From NCBI GenBank assembly GCA_937941455.1, contig CALDHM010000022.1:76335-140334 (forward strand): 64,000 bases of DNA, in the 5' to 3' direction. A program made the position numbers and the translations under genes. Below, piece by piece: positions 38,633-48,343 of the stretch. How positions within the stretch are numbered: the stretch's first letter is position 1; each line of letters starts with the position of its first letter. The notes under the pieces are model-generated. The model did no database searches, was not told where the DNA came from, and was given only the letters and a program-made list of their open reading frames with translations. The DNA is from an uncultured Pirellulaceae bacterium (GTDB taxonomy: Bacteria > Planctomycetota > Planctomycetia > Pirellulales > Pirellulaceae).

Positions 38633-39384
38633 GGCTTCACCGCGATCCGTCCCGTGTAATCGATTCGACAAAGAAACAAACTTAGGCGATGCTCCGCGAC
38701 GTACTCGTCGATCGCCTCGCGACAACCCCGCCAATGGCCATAATCGTCGACAATCAAAATCCCGCCGCTGACCAGGCGGGGATACAGGATCTCCATCTCG
38801 CACCGCGTGGATCGATACCAATCCGTATCGAGTCGCAACAGGGCGATGCGGTCGGGAGCTCGCCGAGTGAGCGTCTCCTCGACCGGCCCGACAACGTATT
38901 CGATTTGCTCTGCCGGAAAACCTGACAATTCGAGATGTCGCTGCACCTCGGACAGGCCGCTGACACACCAGACCCCTTGGGGATCGTCCCGGCGATCGGA
39001 GGCCAGCAAGGCGTCAGCTTCGTTTCCGCGAAAATCGACATCGTGTTCGGTGGGGGGGGACATGCCCTCGAACGTATCGTACAGCCAAAGTTTTCGTCGC
39101 ACGTTCGACGTTTTGAGTAACGTTTTCGCGGCGGCAAACATGCTGCCACCACGCCAAACACCACATTCAACAACATCACCATCAATGCGGTTTCGCTCAA
39201 GGTGCTCGATCGCGCGAATCAAGGCGATCAATCGTTCCGGAGACGTCATCGTGGTCGTGCGCGTAGCACTGATTAATTCTCGTTCGAACGGAGTCGCGTC
39301 GGGATAGCTCTGGCTCAAATCGGCGTCGAGATCGACCGGATTCGATTTACCCGTCGAGCGTTTTCGAAAAAGCTTGGGCATCAT
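38629..39384 (-). CDS. TylF/MycF/NovP-family O-methyltransferase
   Basis: GDVVECGVWRGGS, LWLYDTFEGM, LRLDTDWYRST...GGILIVDDYGHW are the macrocin-O-methyltransferase family blocks. Confidence 0.85.
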   Translation of the reverse strand: MMPKLFRKRSTGKSNPVDLDADLSQSYPDATPFERELISATRTTTMTSPERLIALIRAIEHLERNRIDGDVVECGVWRGGSMFAAAKTLLKTSNVRRKLWLYDTFEGMSPPTEHDVDFRGNEADALLASDRRDDPQGVWCVSGLSEVQRHLELSGFPAEQIEYVVGPVEETLTRRAPDRIALLRLDTDWYRSTRCEMEILYPRLVSGGILIVDDYGHWRGCREAIDEYVAEHRLSLFLCRIDYTGRIAVKP

Positions 39385-39765
39385 GCGTGAAAGACCTGCG
39401 GCAAGGCTGTGTAATTGACGGGCATGTTTGGTAGAGCTGCCAAGGCAAAACAGTCGCCGATAGCGTCCATGCCGACGTATCGAAGCTTCCTGAGAGCGAC
39501 GGAGATCGCAAGCGTCTGGCCGCTCGACAATTCCGGATCAACCGAAGTTTCGCCCCTGCATCCCTGATTCGATCGGCGCATGCTACCGGTACCGTCCCTA
39601 GATCTTGGCCCATATCGCAGTAGTACGTTAGCAAATTTCAAGAATTCGGTAAACGCAAAAGTGGACTTTTTGCGGGATGCAAGCACTTTTCGCCACCTTG
39701 CGTTCGCACGTTTTTTGCGAGGCGGTTCGGCAAAGTAAAAATAGCGAGATTTTCGCTGGCGGCAT

Positions 39766-39830
39766 AAAAAAAGGCGAATTGCCTAGCTGCACCCCGCTGA
39801 AGATATCAGGCGGAACGTAGGAAATTCGCC
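39766..39830 (-). terminator. Long hairpin followed by T7 on the minus strand
   Basis: Minus strand: GGCGAATT / ~42 nt interior with an inner CCGC...GCGG stem / AATTCGCC, then TTTTTTT. It lies 40 nt downstream of the M13 peptidase stop. Confidence 0.45.
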
Positions 39831-39869
39831 GAGGGTCGCCAACGATTCGAAGACTTGCGTCGAATCGGC

Positions 39870-41879
39870 TTACCAAATCCGAATTCGCTCCGATACGGGT
39901 TTGAACAATTTGTCCCCTTCCCGAACATCAAAGGCTTCATAGAACGCATCGATATTGGTCACAGGCCCGTTGGCGCGGTATTGTGACGGCGCGTGGGGAT
40001 CGGTGGCCAAGCGCTTGACCATTTCTGCGTCACGGTATTTGCGCTGCCAAACGCGACTCCAACCGATGAAGAACAATTGATCGCCGGTCCAACCGTCGAG
40101 ATTTTCGGGCGGTTTCCCTTGGCGGGCCATCTTGTAGGCCTTGTAGGCAATCGCCAATCCGGACAGGTCCGCAATATTTTCGCCCAAGGTAAATGCGCCC
40201 TTGACGTTCATGCCCGGCAGCGGTTCGTAGGCGTCGTATTGAGCAATCAGCCGCTTGGTGAGGTTTTCGAAGGCCGCCCGGTCCTCGTCGGTCCACCAGT
40301 TGCGGAGATTGCCGTCGCCATCGTAGCGGCTACCTTGATCGTCGAACGCATGGCTGATTTCATGGCCGATTACCGCGCCGATTCCGCCGTAGTTGAGCGC
40401 GTCGGGGGCATCGAGTCCGAAAAACGGCGGCTGTAAAATGGCAGCTGGAAATACGATCTCGTTGAGTGTCGGGTTGTAGTAAGCGTTGACCGTTTGCGGA
40501 GTCATCCCCCATTCGGTTCGGTCGACCGGATCATTCAAGCGACTGGACAAACGTTCGCTTTCGAATTTTGCCGAACGAATCACATTGCCGACGAGATCAT
40601 CGCCAACGACTTGGAGTTTCGAATAGTCCTTCCACTTGTCGGGATAGCCGATTTTTGTGGTGATCTTGCTGAGTTTTTCTTTGGCTCGCTGCTTCGTGGT
40701 ATCGGTCATCCACGTCAACTCATCGATGCTGGAATCGAAGGCTGCCAGCAAATTTTTGACCAACTCGTTCATCCGGGCCTTCGCCTCGGGTTTGAAGTAT
40801 TCGGCGACATAGAGTTCGCCAACCGCCTCACCCAGCGCATCGCCGACGAGCGTCACGCTACGTTTCCACCGAGGTTGTTGCTCCGGGATGCCGGCCAGTT
40901 GCTTTTCATGGAATTCAAAATGAGCGAGTTCGAATTCTTTGGCCAAAAACGGCGCGAACCGATCGAGAATTCGGAATTGTAGGTAATTCTTCCAAGTCGC
41001 CAGATCATGGCTGTCGACAATGGCATCGAGTTTCTCAAAATAGCTGGGGGTGAGGACATTGACCTCTTGCGCCGCGGCCAGTCCGGCCGAGTCGAGCATT
41101 TGACGCCAGGGAATTTTCTTGGCCAGATTCGGCAGATCGCTTGTCGCGAATTTGTTATAGGTTTTTTCGGCATCGCGCATTTCGACGCGCGACCACTGGG
41201 CCTCGGCCAACTGGCGTTCCAGTTCGAGGATCTTTGCGCCGGGTCGCTGTTCCATTTGCGCGAGTTCGAACAGGCGGTCGACGTAGGTGACCAACGCCGC
41301 GCGATCTTTGACGTATTTCTCCTCATCCTTCAAGTAATAATCGCGATCCGGCAGGGTCGTGCCGACGCCGGCGATATTCACTTGATAACGTCGCGGGTTC
41401 TTGCGATCGACCCAGACGAACGTCCCCACCGGCGCACGAATGCCCATGGTACCAAGTTCCGCCGCGTGAACCCACAGCTTGTCGACCGAGTCCAACTCTT
41501 CAATGCGTTGTAGCATGGCGACGACCGGCGTGATGCCCAGTTGATTTACCAGATTCTCATTCATGATCGACCGATAGAAATCGGCCACCTTTTGGCCAGC
41601 CGATCCAGGAGCATGGTCGACCTTCAAGGAATTTTCGATGATTTCCTTGATTCGCTCGCGGGATAGATCATCGAGTTGAATGAACGAGCCGTAATTGGAT
41701 TTGTCAGCCGGAATCTCAGTCTCTCGCAGCCAGGTTCCATTGACATGCAGAAACAGGTCGTCTTGGATGCGAACTTTTTTGTCGAAGGTGCTGGTGTCAA
41801 GCGTTGATTGCGCCGGCGCCGTGGCGGCGGTCACAATCAGAGTCCACAGCGGCACGCATAAAAGCAAATAATATTTCAT
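39870..41879 (-). CDS. M13-family zinc metallopeptidase (PepO / endothelin-converting-enzyme-like)
   Basis: Signal peptide, NAYYNP, VIGHEISHAFD (HExxH), GENIADLSG, and C-terminal RIW. Confidence 0.9.
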   Translation of the reverse strand: MKYYLLLCVPLWTLIVTAATAPAQSTLDTSTFDKKVRIQDDLFLHVNGTWLRETEIPADKSNYGSFIQLDDLSRERIKEIIENSLKVDHAPGSAGQKVADFYRSIMNENLVNQLGITPVVAMLQRIEELDSVDKLWVHAAELGTMGIRAPVGTFVWVDRKNPRRYQVNIAGVGTTLPDRDYYLKDEEKYVKDRAALVTYVDRLFELAQMEQRPGAKILELERQLAEAQWSRVEMRDAEKTYNKFATSDLPNLAKKIPWRQMLDSAGLAAAQEVNVLTPSYFEKLDAIVDSHDLATWKNYLQFRILDRFAPFLAKEFELAHFEFHEKQLAGIPEQQPRWKRSVTLVGDALGEAVGELYVAEYFKPEAKARMNELVKNLLAAFDSSIDELTWMTDTTKQRAKEKLSKITTKIGYPDKWKDYSKLQVVGDDLVGNVIRSAKFESERLSSRLNDPVDRTEWGMTPQTVNAYYNPTLNEIVFPAAILQPPFFGLDAPDALNYGGIGAVIGHEISHAFDDQGSRYDGDGNLRNWWTDEDRAAFENLTKRLIAQYDAYEPLPGMNVKGAFTLGENIADLSGLAIAYKAYKMARQGKPPENLDGWTGDQLFFIGWSRVWQRKYRDAEMVKRLATDPHAPSQYRANGPVTNIDAFYEAFDVREGDKLFKPVSERIRIW

Positions 41880-42449
41880 CGTTGCCTCTTGAATTAAAAA
41901 CAATCCCCGCGCCCATGTTTTTAAGCCAGTTCACAGACACGTTCCGATAACGCAGACTTTTTCTGAGAAAACTTGCCCGGGTGCCTGGCGGCAACATGCG
42001 GCGTTCAACTTACCGAATTATCTGCTTTCAGCGCTGAATTTTGAAGCGGGTGCGCGGTTGCTGCAAAACGCGACGATGCCTGGAGCGAAGGCAATTTACG
42101 CTGCATGGGAGGGGTCGTCACACCGCATTCAACAGGGAACACAATCCTTAATTCCACTGAACGTCATACCAGAGCAGCCGGGCAAGACGAAAGCGGCGAT
42201 TTTGAGACCACTTGCGATTGAACATCGCGTGAGAACAGCCATAATGGTGGCCATTCGCATGGTGGTTTTGGTCCATAGAATGCCGCGGCCACTTGCCTTC
42301 CGCAGGGTTGATTACGGGTGCAAATGGAGCCGACCAACCATCGGCTCGATCCTGCGCGGCGGCATTCGGTGGGAAGACGGATCTGCAATCGTTCGCCCAA
42401 AACGCTTTCATTCCCTGCAGAATCTTCAGATCAGGAACACGTGCAAACC

Positions 42450-43829
42450 ATGAGTGAACCCATCATCAGCGTCTCCGGATTGCGAGGCATCATCGGACAA
42501 AGTTTGACGCCGCTGGTGGCGTCGCGCTACGTGGCTGCATTCGCCAGTCAACTGCCGCCGGGCGGCTGGGTTGTCGTCAGCCGGGATGGGCGAGTCAGCG
42601 GTCCGATGTTAGCGGCGACGATCGGCAGCACGTTGCAGGCATCAGGTCTCCATGTCCTCTATGCCGATGTCGCCGCGACGCCGACAACCGGAGTCTTGGT
42701 TCGCCACCACAATGCCGTCGGCGGGATCCAAATTTCTGCGAGCCATAACCCCCCCTCTTACAACGGAATCAAGTTGTTTGGTGCCGATGGACGAGTGATT
42801 TCCGCCGAGACCGGTCGCCAGGTTGTGGAGGCTTATCGGGCCAACAAATCACGCTTCAGTTCCGTCGATGGGCTTGGCCGCTGGACGGAACTGGCTGACA
42901 CGACCTCGGCCCATTTGCAGCTGGTCCTCAACACGGTCGATTGCGAACGAATTCGGGAACGCCGTTTCCGGGTCGTTCTCGACAGCAACCACGGTGCTGG
43001 TTCCGTTGTGGGGCATGCGCTGCTGGAGCAATTGGGGTGCCAGTTGGAAATCCTCGGCGGTACGCCGGACGGATTATTTTCTCACCCCCCTGAGCCAACT
43101 GCTGCCAATTTGCAGGGTGTGGCGGATCAAGCCCGCGGGTTGGAAGCCGACGCGGTATTCTGTCAGGACCCCGATGCCGATCGGTTGGCAGTGATCGATG
43201 AGCAAGGGCGTTACATTGGCGAAGAATACACACTTGCGTTGACGCTCGAACATGCTCTGTCGCAAATTTCGGCTGCCAGCGCGACAGTCGTTACCAATTG
43301 CTCGTCCAGCCGCATGTCTGCCGATATCGCCCAAAAGTACGGTGCCCGTTATGAAATGAGCGCGGTGGGGGAGGCGAATGTTACAGCAAAGATGATCGAG
43401 ACCAAGGCCGTTTACGGCGGTGAAGGAAATGGCGGCCCGATCGATCCGCGCGTCGGATACGTGCGCGATAGCTTTGCCGCAATGGCACAAATCCTAGATT
43501 TGATGGCGAAGTCCAATCGATCGATTTCCGAATTGGTGGCGGCGCTGCCTAAGTACGAAATCCAGAAAACCGTGCTATCGTTGCGCAACGAACTTGTCCC
43601 CGATCTGCTGAACGCGTTGGCCCAGGAATTCGGCGACGCACGCAGCGATCGCCAAGATGGCTTGCGCCTCGATTGGGAAGATCGCTGGCTGTTGGTACGA
43701 CCAAGCAATACGGAACCAATTGTTCGAGCCATCGCGGAAGCAAAAGATGCCGTAACAGCTGCCCAATTATGCGAACGGACCGCAGCGATCGCTCAGAAAC
43801 TGATCAGTCAAAAAGGGTTACTTTTGTAG
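42450..43829 (+). CDS. Phosphohexomutase (phosphoglucosamine mutase / phosphomannomutase family)
   Basis: GLRGIIG, active-site serine loop ISASHNPPSYNGIKL, metal loop FCQDPDADR, GGEGNGG sugar loop. ATG at 42450. Confidence 0.85.
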   Translation: MSEPIISVSGLRGIIGQSLTPLVASRYVAAFASQLPPGGWVVVSRDGRVSGPMLAATIGSTLQASGLHVLYADVAATPTTGVLVRHHNAVGGIQISASHNPPSYNGIKLFGADGRVISAETGRQVVEAYRANKSRFSSVDGLGRWTELADTTSAHLQLVLNTVDCERIRERRFRVVLDSNHGAGSVVGHALLEQLGCQLEILGGTPDGLFSHPPEPTAANLQGVADQARGLEADAVFCQDPDADRLAVIDEQGRYIGEEYTLALTLEHALSQISAASATVVTNCSSSRMSADIAQKYGARYEMSAVGEANVTAKMIETKAVYGGEGNGGPIDPRVGYVRDSFAAMAQILDLMAKSNRSISELVAALPKYEIQKTVLSLRNELVPDLLNALAQEFGDARSDRQDGLRLDWEDRWLLVRPSNTEPIVRAIAEAKDAVTAAQLCERTAAIAQKLISQKGLLL

Positions 43830-43847
43830 AGGCATCAAATAACTGGC

Positions 43848-44840
43848 ATGATAGAATATCGAGTTTTTCTCGTGGAAAAAACGGCCGACGGCACCATTCA
43901 ACGTTCCGTACGTCGGCGGCCGCTCGGCAAATTGGCTGCGGGCAATGTTCGTGTCGAAGTCGAATTCTCGGCGCTGAACTACAAGGATGCCCTGGCGGCG
44001 ACCGGCAATCCGGGAGTAGCTCGCACACTGCCCCTGGTGCCCGGGATCGACGCCGTGGGACGAATTATCGAGGGGGGGGATGAAGCCTTACCCAATGGCT
44101 CGCTGGTGATGATAGCCCATCCCGACTTCGGCACCAGTCGCGACGGCGGTTATGCCCGTTACACCGATGTTCCACGCGACTGGTTGTTCGCAGTCCCAAC
44201 GCCGTTGACGTCGCTGGAGGCGATCACACTGGGCACGGCCGGATTCACGGCCGCGCAGTGCGCGGAAGCGTTGCTCAAGTACGGCACGCAGCCAGACTCC
44301 GGCGAGATCGTGGTGACGGGTGCGACGGGGGGCGTCGGCATTTTTGCTGTGATGTATCTGCGGAAGCTCGGTTTTTCGGTGGTTGCGTCTACTGGGAAAC
44401 TCGAGCGCACGGGCGAACTCGAGCGCTTGGGGGCTGCTCGAGTCGTGTCACGGCAAGAGGTCAGCGACGACAGCCCGCGGCCGCTCCTGTCGGCCCGCTG
44501 GGGGGGAGCGGTGGACACGGTCGGCGGCAAAACGCTATCAAGCATTTTGCGAAGCACAAAACCTCATTGCACGGTGACCGCCTGCGGACTCGTCGGAGGT
44601 AATGAACTCCACCTGACGGTCTATCCGTTTATCCTGCGCGGCATCTCGCTGGTCGGAATCGATTCGGCTCTGATCGAGCCGATGGTGCGCCGCGAGTTGT
44701 GGGCCAAGATGGCGGGGCCTTGGCGTCTCGATAACGTCGAATCGCTGGCGACTGTCATCACCTTGGATGAGTTAACTGACGCAATCCAAACGATCATGCG
44801 GGGACAAGTGTTCGGACGTACCGTTGTGAGACTGCTCTAG
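43848..44840 (+). CDS. YhdH/YhfP-type NADPH quinone/acrylyl-CoA reductase (MDR family)
   Basis: The N-terminus, VEFSALNYKDALA, VTGATGGVG, and the length all fit the YhdH subgroup. Confidence 0.8.
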   Translation: MIEYRVFLVEKTADGTIQRSVRRRPLGKLAAGNVRVEVEFSALNYKDALAATGNPGVARTLPLVPGIDAVGRIIEGGDEALPNGSLVMIAHPDFGTSRDGGYARYTDVPRDWLFAVPTPLTSLEAITLGTAGFTAAQCAEALLKYGTQPDSGEIVVTGATGGVGIFAVMYLRKLGFSVVASTGKLERTGELERLGAARVVSRQEVSDDSPRPLLSARWGGAVDTVGGKTLSSILRSTKPHCTVTACGLVGGNELHLTVYPFILRGISLVGIDSALIEPMVRRELWAKMAGPWRLDNVESLATVITLDELTDAIQTIMRGQVFGRTVVRLL

Positions 44841-45122
44841 CACCTTGCCAAGCAAGGACGCAACTCGAAAACGTTGGTTGCAAAACTTCGCGAGGTCGCT
44901 TGTGCTGGAAATCGAAACGATCTGCGGCGGCAAAGGTCCAGCACGGTAGCGAAATTTTAACAATCTGCGTGACACCTTTACGAGCACTCGGAAAGTACAA
45001 GCTGACTAGATTGTTCACCATGATAGATTTTTAAACCAGTTCTCGAATCGAGGCAGGGCAGATAGGGCCAATTGGCGGCCGATGCCGCGAGTTATCGCCC
45101 CACGGCAGGAAAATCACAATTC

Positions 45123-45935
45123 ATGGATTTTTGGAAGAACAAAATTGCGGTGGTCACTGGAGGCTCGAAGGGGCTCGGGCGAGAAATCGCGAGGGCTTTG
45201 GCAGCGGCCGGCGCTCGTGTTATTCTCGTGGCTCGCAATGAAGCGGATTTACAGGAAGCAGCCGATGCGATTAGCGCGAGCACGGGGCAGGCGGTCGATT
45301 TTCATAGCGCGGATGTGACCGATCCGTCAGCGGCAGCACACGTCATCGAGGCCGTCGTGAATGAATACGGCGGCATCGATGTGCTGGTCAATGTCGTCGG
45401 GGCATCGTTGCGTACCAAGTTGGTCGAAACGAGTCCTGAAACATTCCGCCGGCAAATGGCCATCAACTTCGAATCAGCCGTCAACTGTACGCAAGCGGCT
45501 CTCAAGGGCTTGATCGCGCGTCGTGGCCGAGTTATCAATGTCGCCAGTCTCGCGGCAAAAACGCCGTGGCCATTGGTCGGCCCTTACGTCACCAGCAAGG
45601 CCGCGTTGGCCGCCTACACCAATCAACTCCGTTTCGAAATTCCAGAATTGGGTGGCGTGCTTCTCGTCTGTCCCGGCCCGATTCGGCGGGCCGACAGTGG
45701 CGAGCGCTATCGAGAATCCGCAGCCGCCCTCGGTGAGGGAGCTCAAGCGCCCGGCGCTGGCGTGAAGCTCTCTGGGCTCGATCCCGACGAATTAGCTCGC
45801 CGCGTCCTCCAAGCCTCCGCAGCAGGAAAGCGCGAGTTGGTCCTGCCTCGAAAAGCCCAATGGCTCTTTTTTGTCGACGCTTTCTCACCGCGACTGGGTG
45901 ATTGGCTCCGTCGACGCTTCAATCGCCATCGCTGA
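45123..45935 (+). CDS. SDR-family oxidoreductase
   Basis: AVVTGGSKGLGREIA, and YVTSKAAL (YxxxK). Its 3' end overlaps the convergent gene by 17 nt. Confidence 0.85.
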   Translation: MDFWKNKIAVVTGGSKGLGREIARALAAAGARVILVARNEADLQEAADAISASTGQAVDFHSADVTDPSAAAHVIEAVVNEYGGIDVLVNVVGASLRTKLVETSPETFRRQMAINFESAVNCTQAALKGLIARRGRVINVASLAAKTPWPLVGPYVTSKAALAAYTNQLRFEIPELGGVLLVCPGPIRRADSGERYRESAAALGEGAQAPGAGVKLSGLDPDELARRVLQASAAGKRELVLPRKAQWLFFVDAFSPRLGDWLRRRFNRHR

Positions 45936-47199
45936 GAATTCGCTCTGCGGCTTTACTTCCTGAATGCATCGCGCCTTGGATGGAGGCGATATCGAGATAG
46001 TCGCCACACACGATGATCGAATCGACCTCGCGAAGGGCTGCCTGCCGTGTACGGACATCGAGGCTCGTTTGGACCGGTAAGGCGTTGTCGACTCGTAGCG
46101 TGTCCAAGTGAGTCCACGTGTCAACATCATTGCCGTACCATCGCCGCAGTTGCTGCAATATGTTTTCGCGCAGTTGCGTTTCACAATCTGCCGGCCAACC
46201 CGGCCGTACCGTGACCGAAATCAGTGCCCGATTGGGAGGGGCATAGTTTTTCGCGACGACACTGGGAACGCACACAGAATTGATCGGACCGGAATCGTCG
46301 CCGTTGAGTACTAGCCATGGTTCGGTGATCGGCGGCTTGCCGGCTGAAAAATAGACCACGATGGTCTGATGGCCACGCGGCGGCGGGGGCTCACCTAGCA
46401 AGCGGGCGGCATTCCAAGGGTCGCACGCGATCACCACGCGCCGGGCATCGAATCGCTCGCCAGATTCTAATTCGACGTGGCTTGCAGACACTCGAACCAC
46501 TCGGGCATTGGTGCGAATCGACCGTTGTGAAAATCCTTCGGCCAACTGCGCGGGAATCGATTCCATGCCGCCGGCCGGGAGGGCAGCTCGGCCGGTCGCA
46601 AAGTAACGGAACAGTTCGAGAAATTTGCGGTTCGACGTGGATAGCTCTGATTCGAGAAAAATACCGGAAAAAAATGGGCGGAAAAAATTCTCGATGGCAC
46701 GGCGGGAAAAACCCAGAGATTCCAGATAAGCCGATGTTGGGGCTTCAGCCACTCTCGCCAGCGAACTGACATCTTGTTGCTTGACTCGTCTCACCAGACG
46801 CACCGCCCGCAGTTTATCGCCCAACGTGGCTACCGATGTTAGGGCGCTCGCCAGCGCCTTGCCTGGACAACGAATCGGATCGCAGAGAACGCGGAAGCGG
46901 TCCCGATACCGAATCAGCGCTCCGGCATGAAAATAACCTAAATTCAGTCGATCAAGATCCAGCAGGCTGCGAGCCTCGGGATAGGAATCCAGCAGCACCT
47001 GAAATCCGCGGTCTAGGGTATACTCGTTGAACCGTTGGGATTTCACCCGTCCGCCGATTAACGAATCTGACTCCAGCACCAAACACGGAACCGACTTCTT
47101 CATTAGGATTCGAGCACAACTCAAACCTGCCAGCCCAGCACCGACAATGACGACAGGGCGTTGAAAATCCTTCAGTCCAGACTGATCCGCGGAATCCAT
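45919..47199 (-). CDS. FAD-dependent amine-oxidase/phytoene-desaturase-like oxidoreductase
   Basis: Dinucleotide fingerprint VVIVGAGLAGLSCA...LESDSLIGGR and a C-terminal CGDY...GAMHSG flavin motif. Confidence 0.8.
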   Translation of the reverse strand: MDSADQSGLKDFQRPVVIVGAGLAGLSCARILMKKSVPCLVLESDSLIGGRVKSQRFNEYTLDRGFQVLLDSYPEARSLLDLDRLNLGYFHAGALIRYRDRFRVLCDPIRCPGKALASALTSVATLGDKLRAVRLVRRVKQQDVSSLARVAEAPTSAYLESLGFSRRAIENFFRPFFSGIFLESELSTSNRKFLELFRYFATGRAALPAGGMESIPAQLAEGFSQRSIRTNARVVRVSASHVELESGERFDARRVVIACDPWNAARLLGEPPPPRGHQTIVVYFSAGKPPITEPWLVLNGDDSGPINSVCVPSVVAKNYAPPNRALISVTVRPGWPADCETQLRENILQQLRRWYGNDVDTWTHLDTLRVDNALPVQTSLDVRTRQAALREVDSIIVCGDYLDIASIQGAMHSGSKAAERILSDGD

Positions 47200-47210
47200 G
47201 GAAAATCCAA

Positions 47211-47570
47211 TTAACGAAATCGAGAAGAGCGTTTGACGATCATGCTCGAGGACCAATCGCCAAGAATGGTCTCTCGCTCGTCCCAGGATTCGAACACTTG
47301 GATGATCGGCTCATGGAGACGGTCGTCTGATTTAATGACACCGAACAGCTGTTGCCTCTCGCCTTCGTCGGTTACCAAAATGGCAGAAAAGCGGTAAACC
47401 TGAAGCCAGCCTGGTGGCTGAATTGCGTGAAGCTCAACATCGTCGATTCGAGTCAAAACATGATTTGGCTGATTCGTCGCCAGCCAACGTTTGATTTCGG
47501 CTTCAGTGCTTTGATTTTTGACTGCACTGGAAAAAAAATTGCAAAAAGCGGAGAAAATTTTCCACAACAC
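47211..47570 (-). CDS. Hypothetical small protein
   Basis: The only support is an ORF lying 12 nt upstream of, and co-directional with, the FAD oxidoreductase. I see no recognisable motif, and the start is uncertain. Confidence 0.35.
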   Translation of the reverse strand: MLWKIFSAFCNFFSSAVKNQSTEAEIKRWLATNQPNHVLTRIDDVELHAIQPPGWLQVYRFSAILVTDEGERQQLFGVIKSDDRLHEPIIQVFESWDERETILGDWSSSMIVKRSSRFR

Positions 47571-47612
47571 TGTTTAATATGCCAAGCCCAATCAGTAGGA
47601 GATGACTTTACA

Positions 47613-48080
47613 ATGGAACAACACTTTCGAGCGGTGGCACTGATCCAATCCGTGAAAGACAACCGTTTATCCTACTTGTTGCATAACCGGCAAAACCCCA
47701 ACAACTGCCGGGATCCCTGGACATTCGTCATCGGCCAACGATTAGAAACCGAAAGTTTTCGCGAAACGGTGATCCGCGAGGTGGCTTGGCAACTCAACCT
47801 CGATCGCAAAACTGATTTTCTGGTTTCGCACATGGCGCAAAGGTGCGTCGAGACCATCGAGCCGTTGCCCGGTAAATGTTACCCGGTACATTTGGCTGTG
47901 GCTTTCTTCCCGGTTCACTTCTACCGTAGCCACGTGATTGCCAGATTCGAAAACGAGCCGAATTGGCGTTGGTTCTCCAGTCGAGAAGTCATCGCGGGAC
48001 GTACCGATCAAGGTGCCCCGATCGATCCAACGGTTGTTCAATGGTTGAAAAGCTGGGAGGTGATTCACCCGTGGGAGTGA
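47613..48080 (+). CDS. NUDIX-fold-like protein with degenerate Nudix box
   Basis: GQRLETESFRETVIREVAWQLNL fits Gx5Ex7REVxx, but the EE pair is replaced by WQ. Confidence 0.45.
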   Translation: MEQHFRAVALIQSVKDNRLSYLLHNRQNPNNCRDPWTFVIGQRLETESFRETVIREVAWQLNLDRKTDFLVSHMAQRCVETIEPLPGKCYPVHLAVAFFPVHFYRSHVIARFENEPNWRWFSSREVIAGRTDQGAPIDPTVVQWLKSWEVIHPWE

Positions 48081-48343
48081 GGGACGCCGAGGCACCGAAG
48101 TCGCGGTAAATGCCGCGAATATTTGCGTTTGAAACTTGAAATCCTGTGGAAATATTCGGATTACGCCGATATTAATGATATTACCGTGAAATGGCTGCGT
48201 GGATTAATTTCATGTAAAAACGAGGATTTCGGATGTGTCACCGCGGTGGGGCTGTGTCCAGTCCACGTCCGTCCAAAACGCTAGATTGGGGGCAACAAAG
48301 GCCTGCCGCCGGATTGGCAGCGATCGACCAGCATCGCTTTCGA

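Noticed and set aside
39507-39522. Minus-strand CGGCCAGACGCTTGCG lies upstream of the TylF-like gene. It has sigma-54-like spacing of GG and TTGC.
   Set aside because: The -24 element is poor (CGGCCA versus TGGCAC), so this is a likely chance match.
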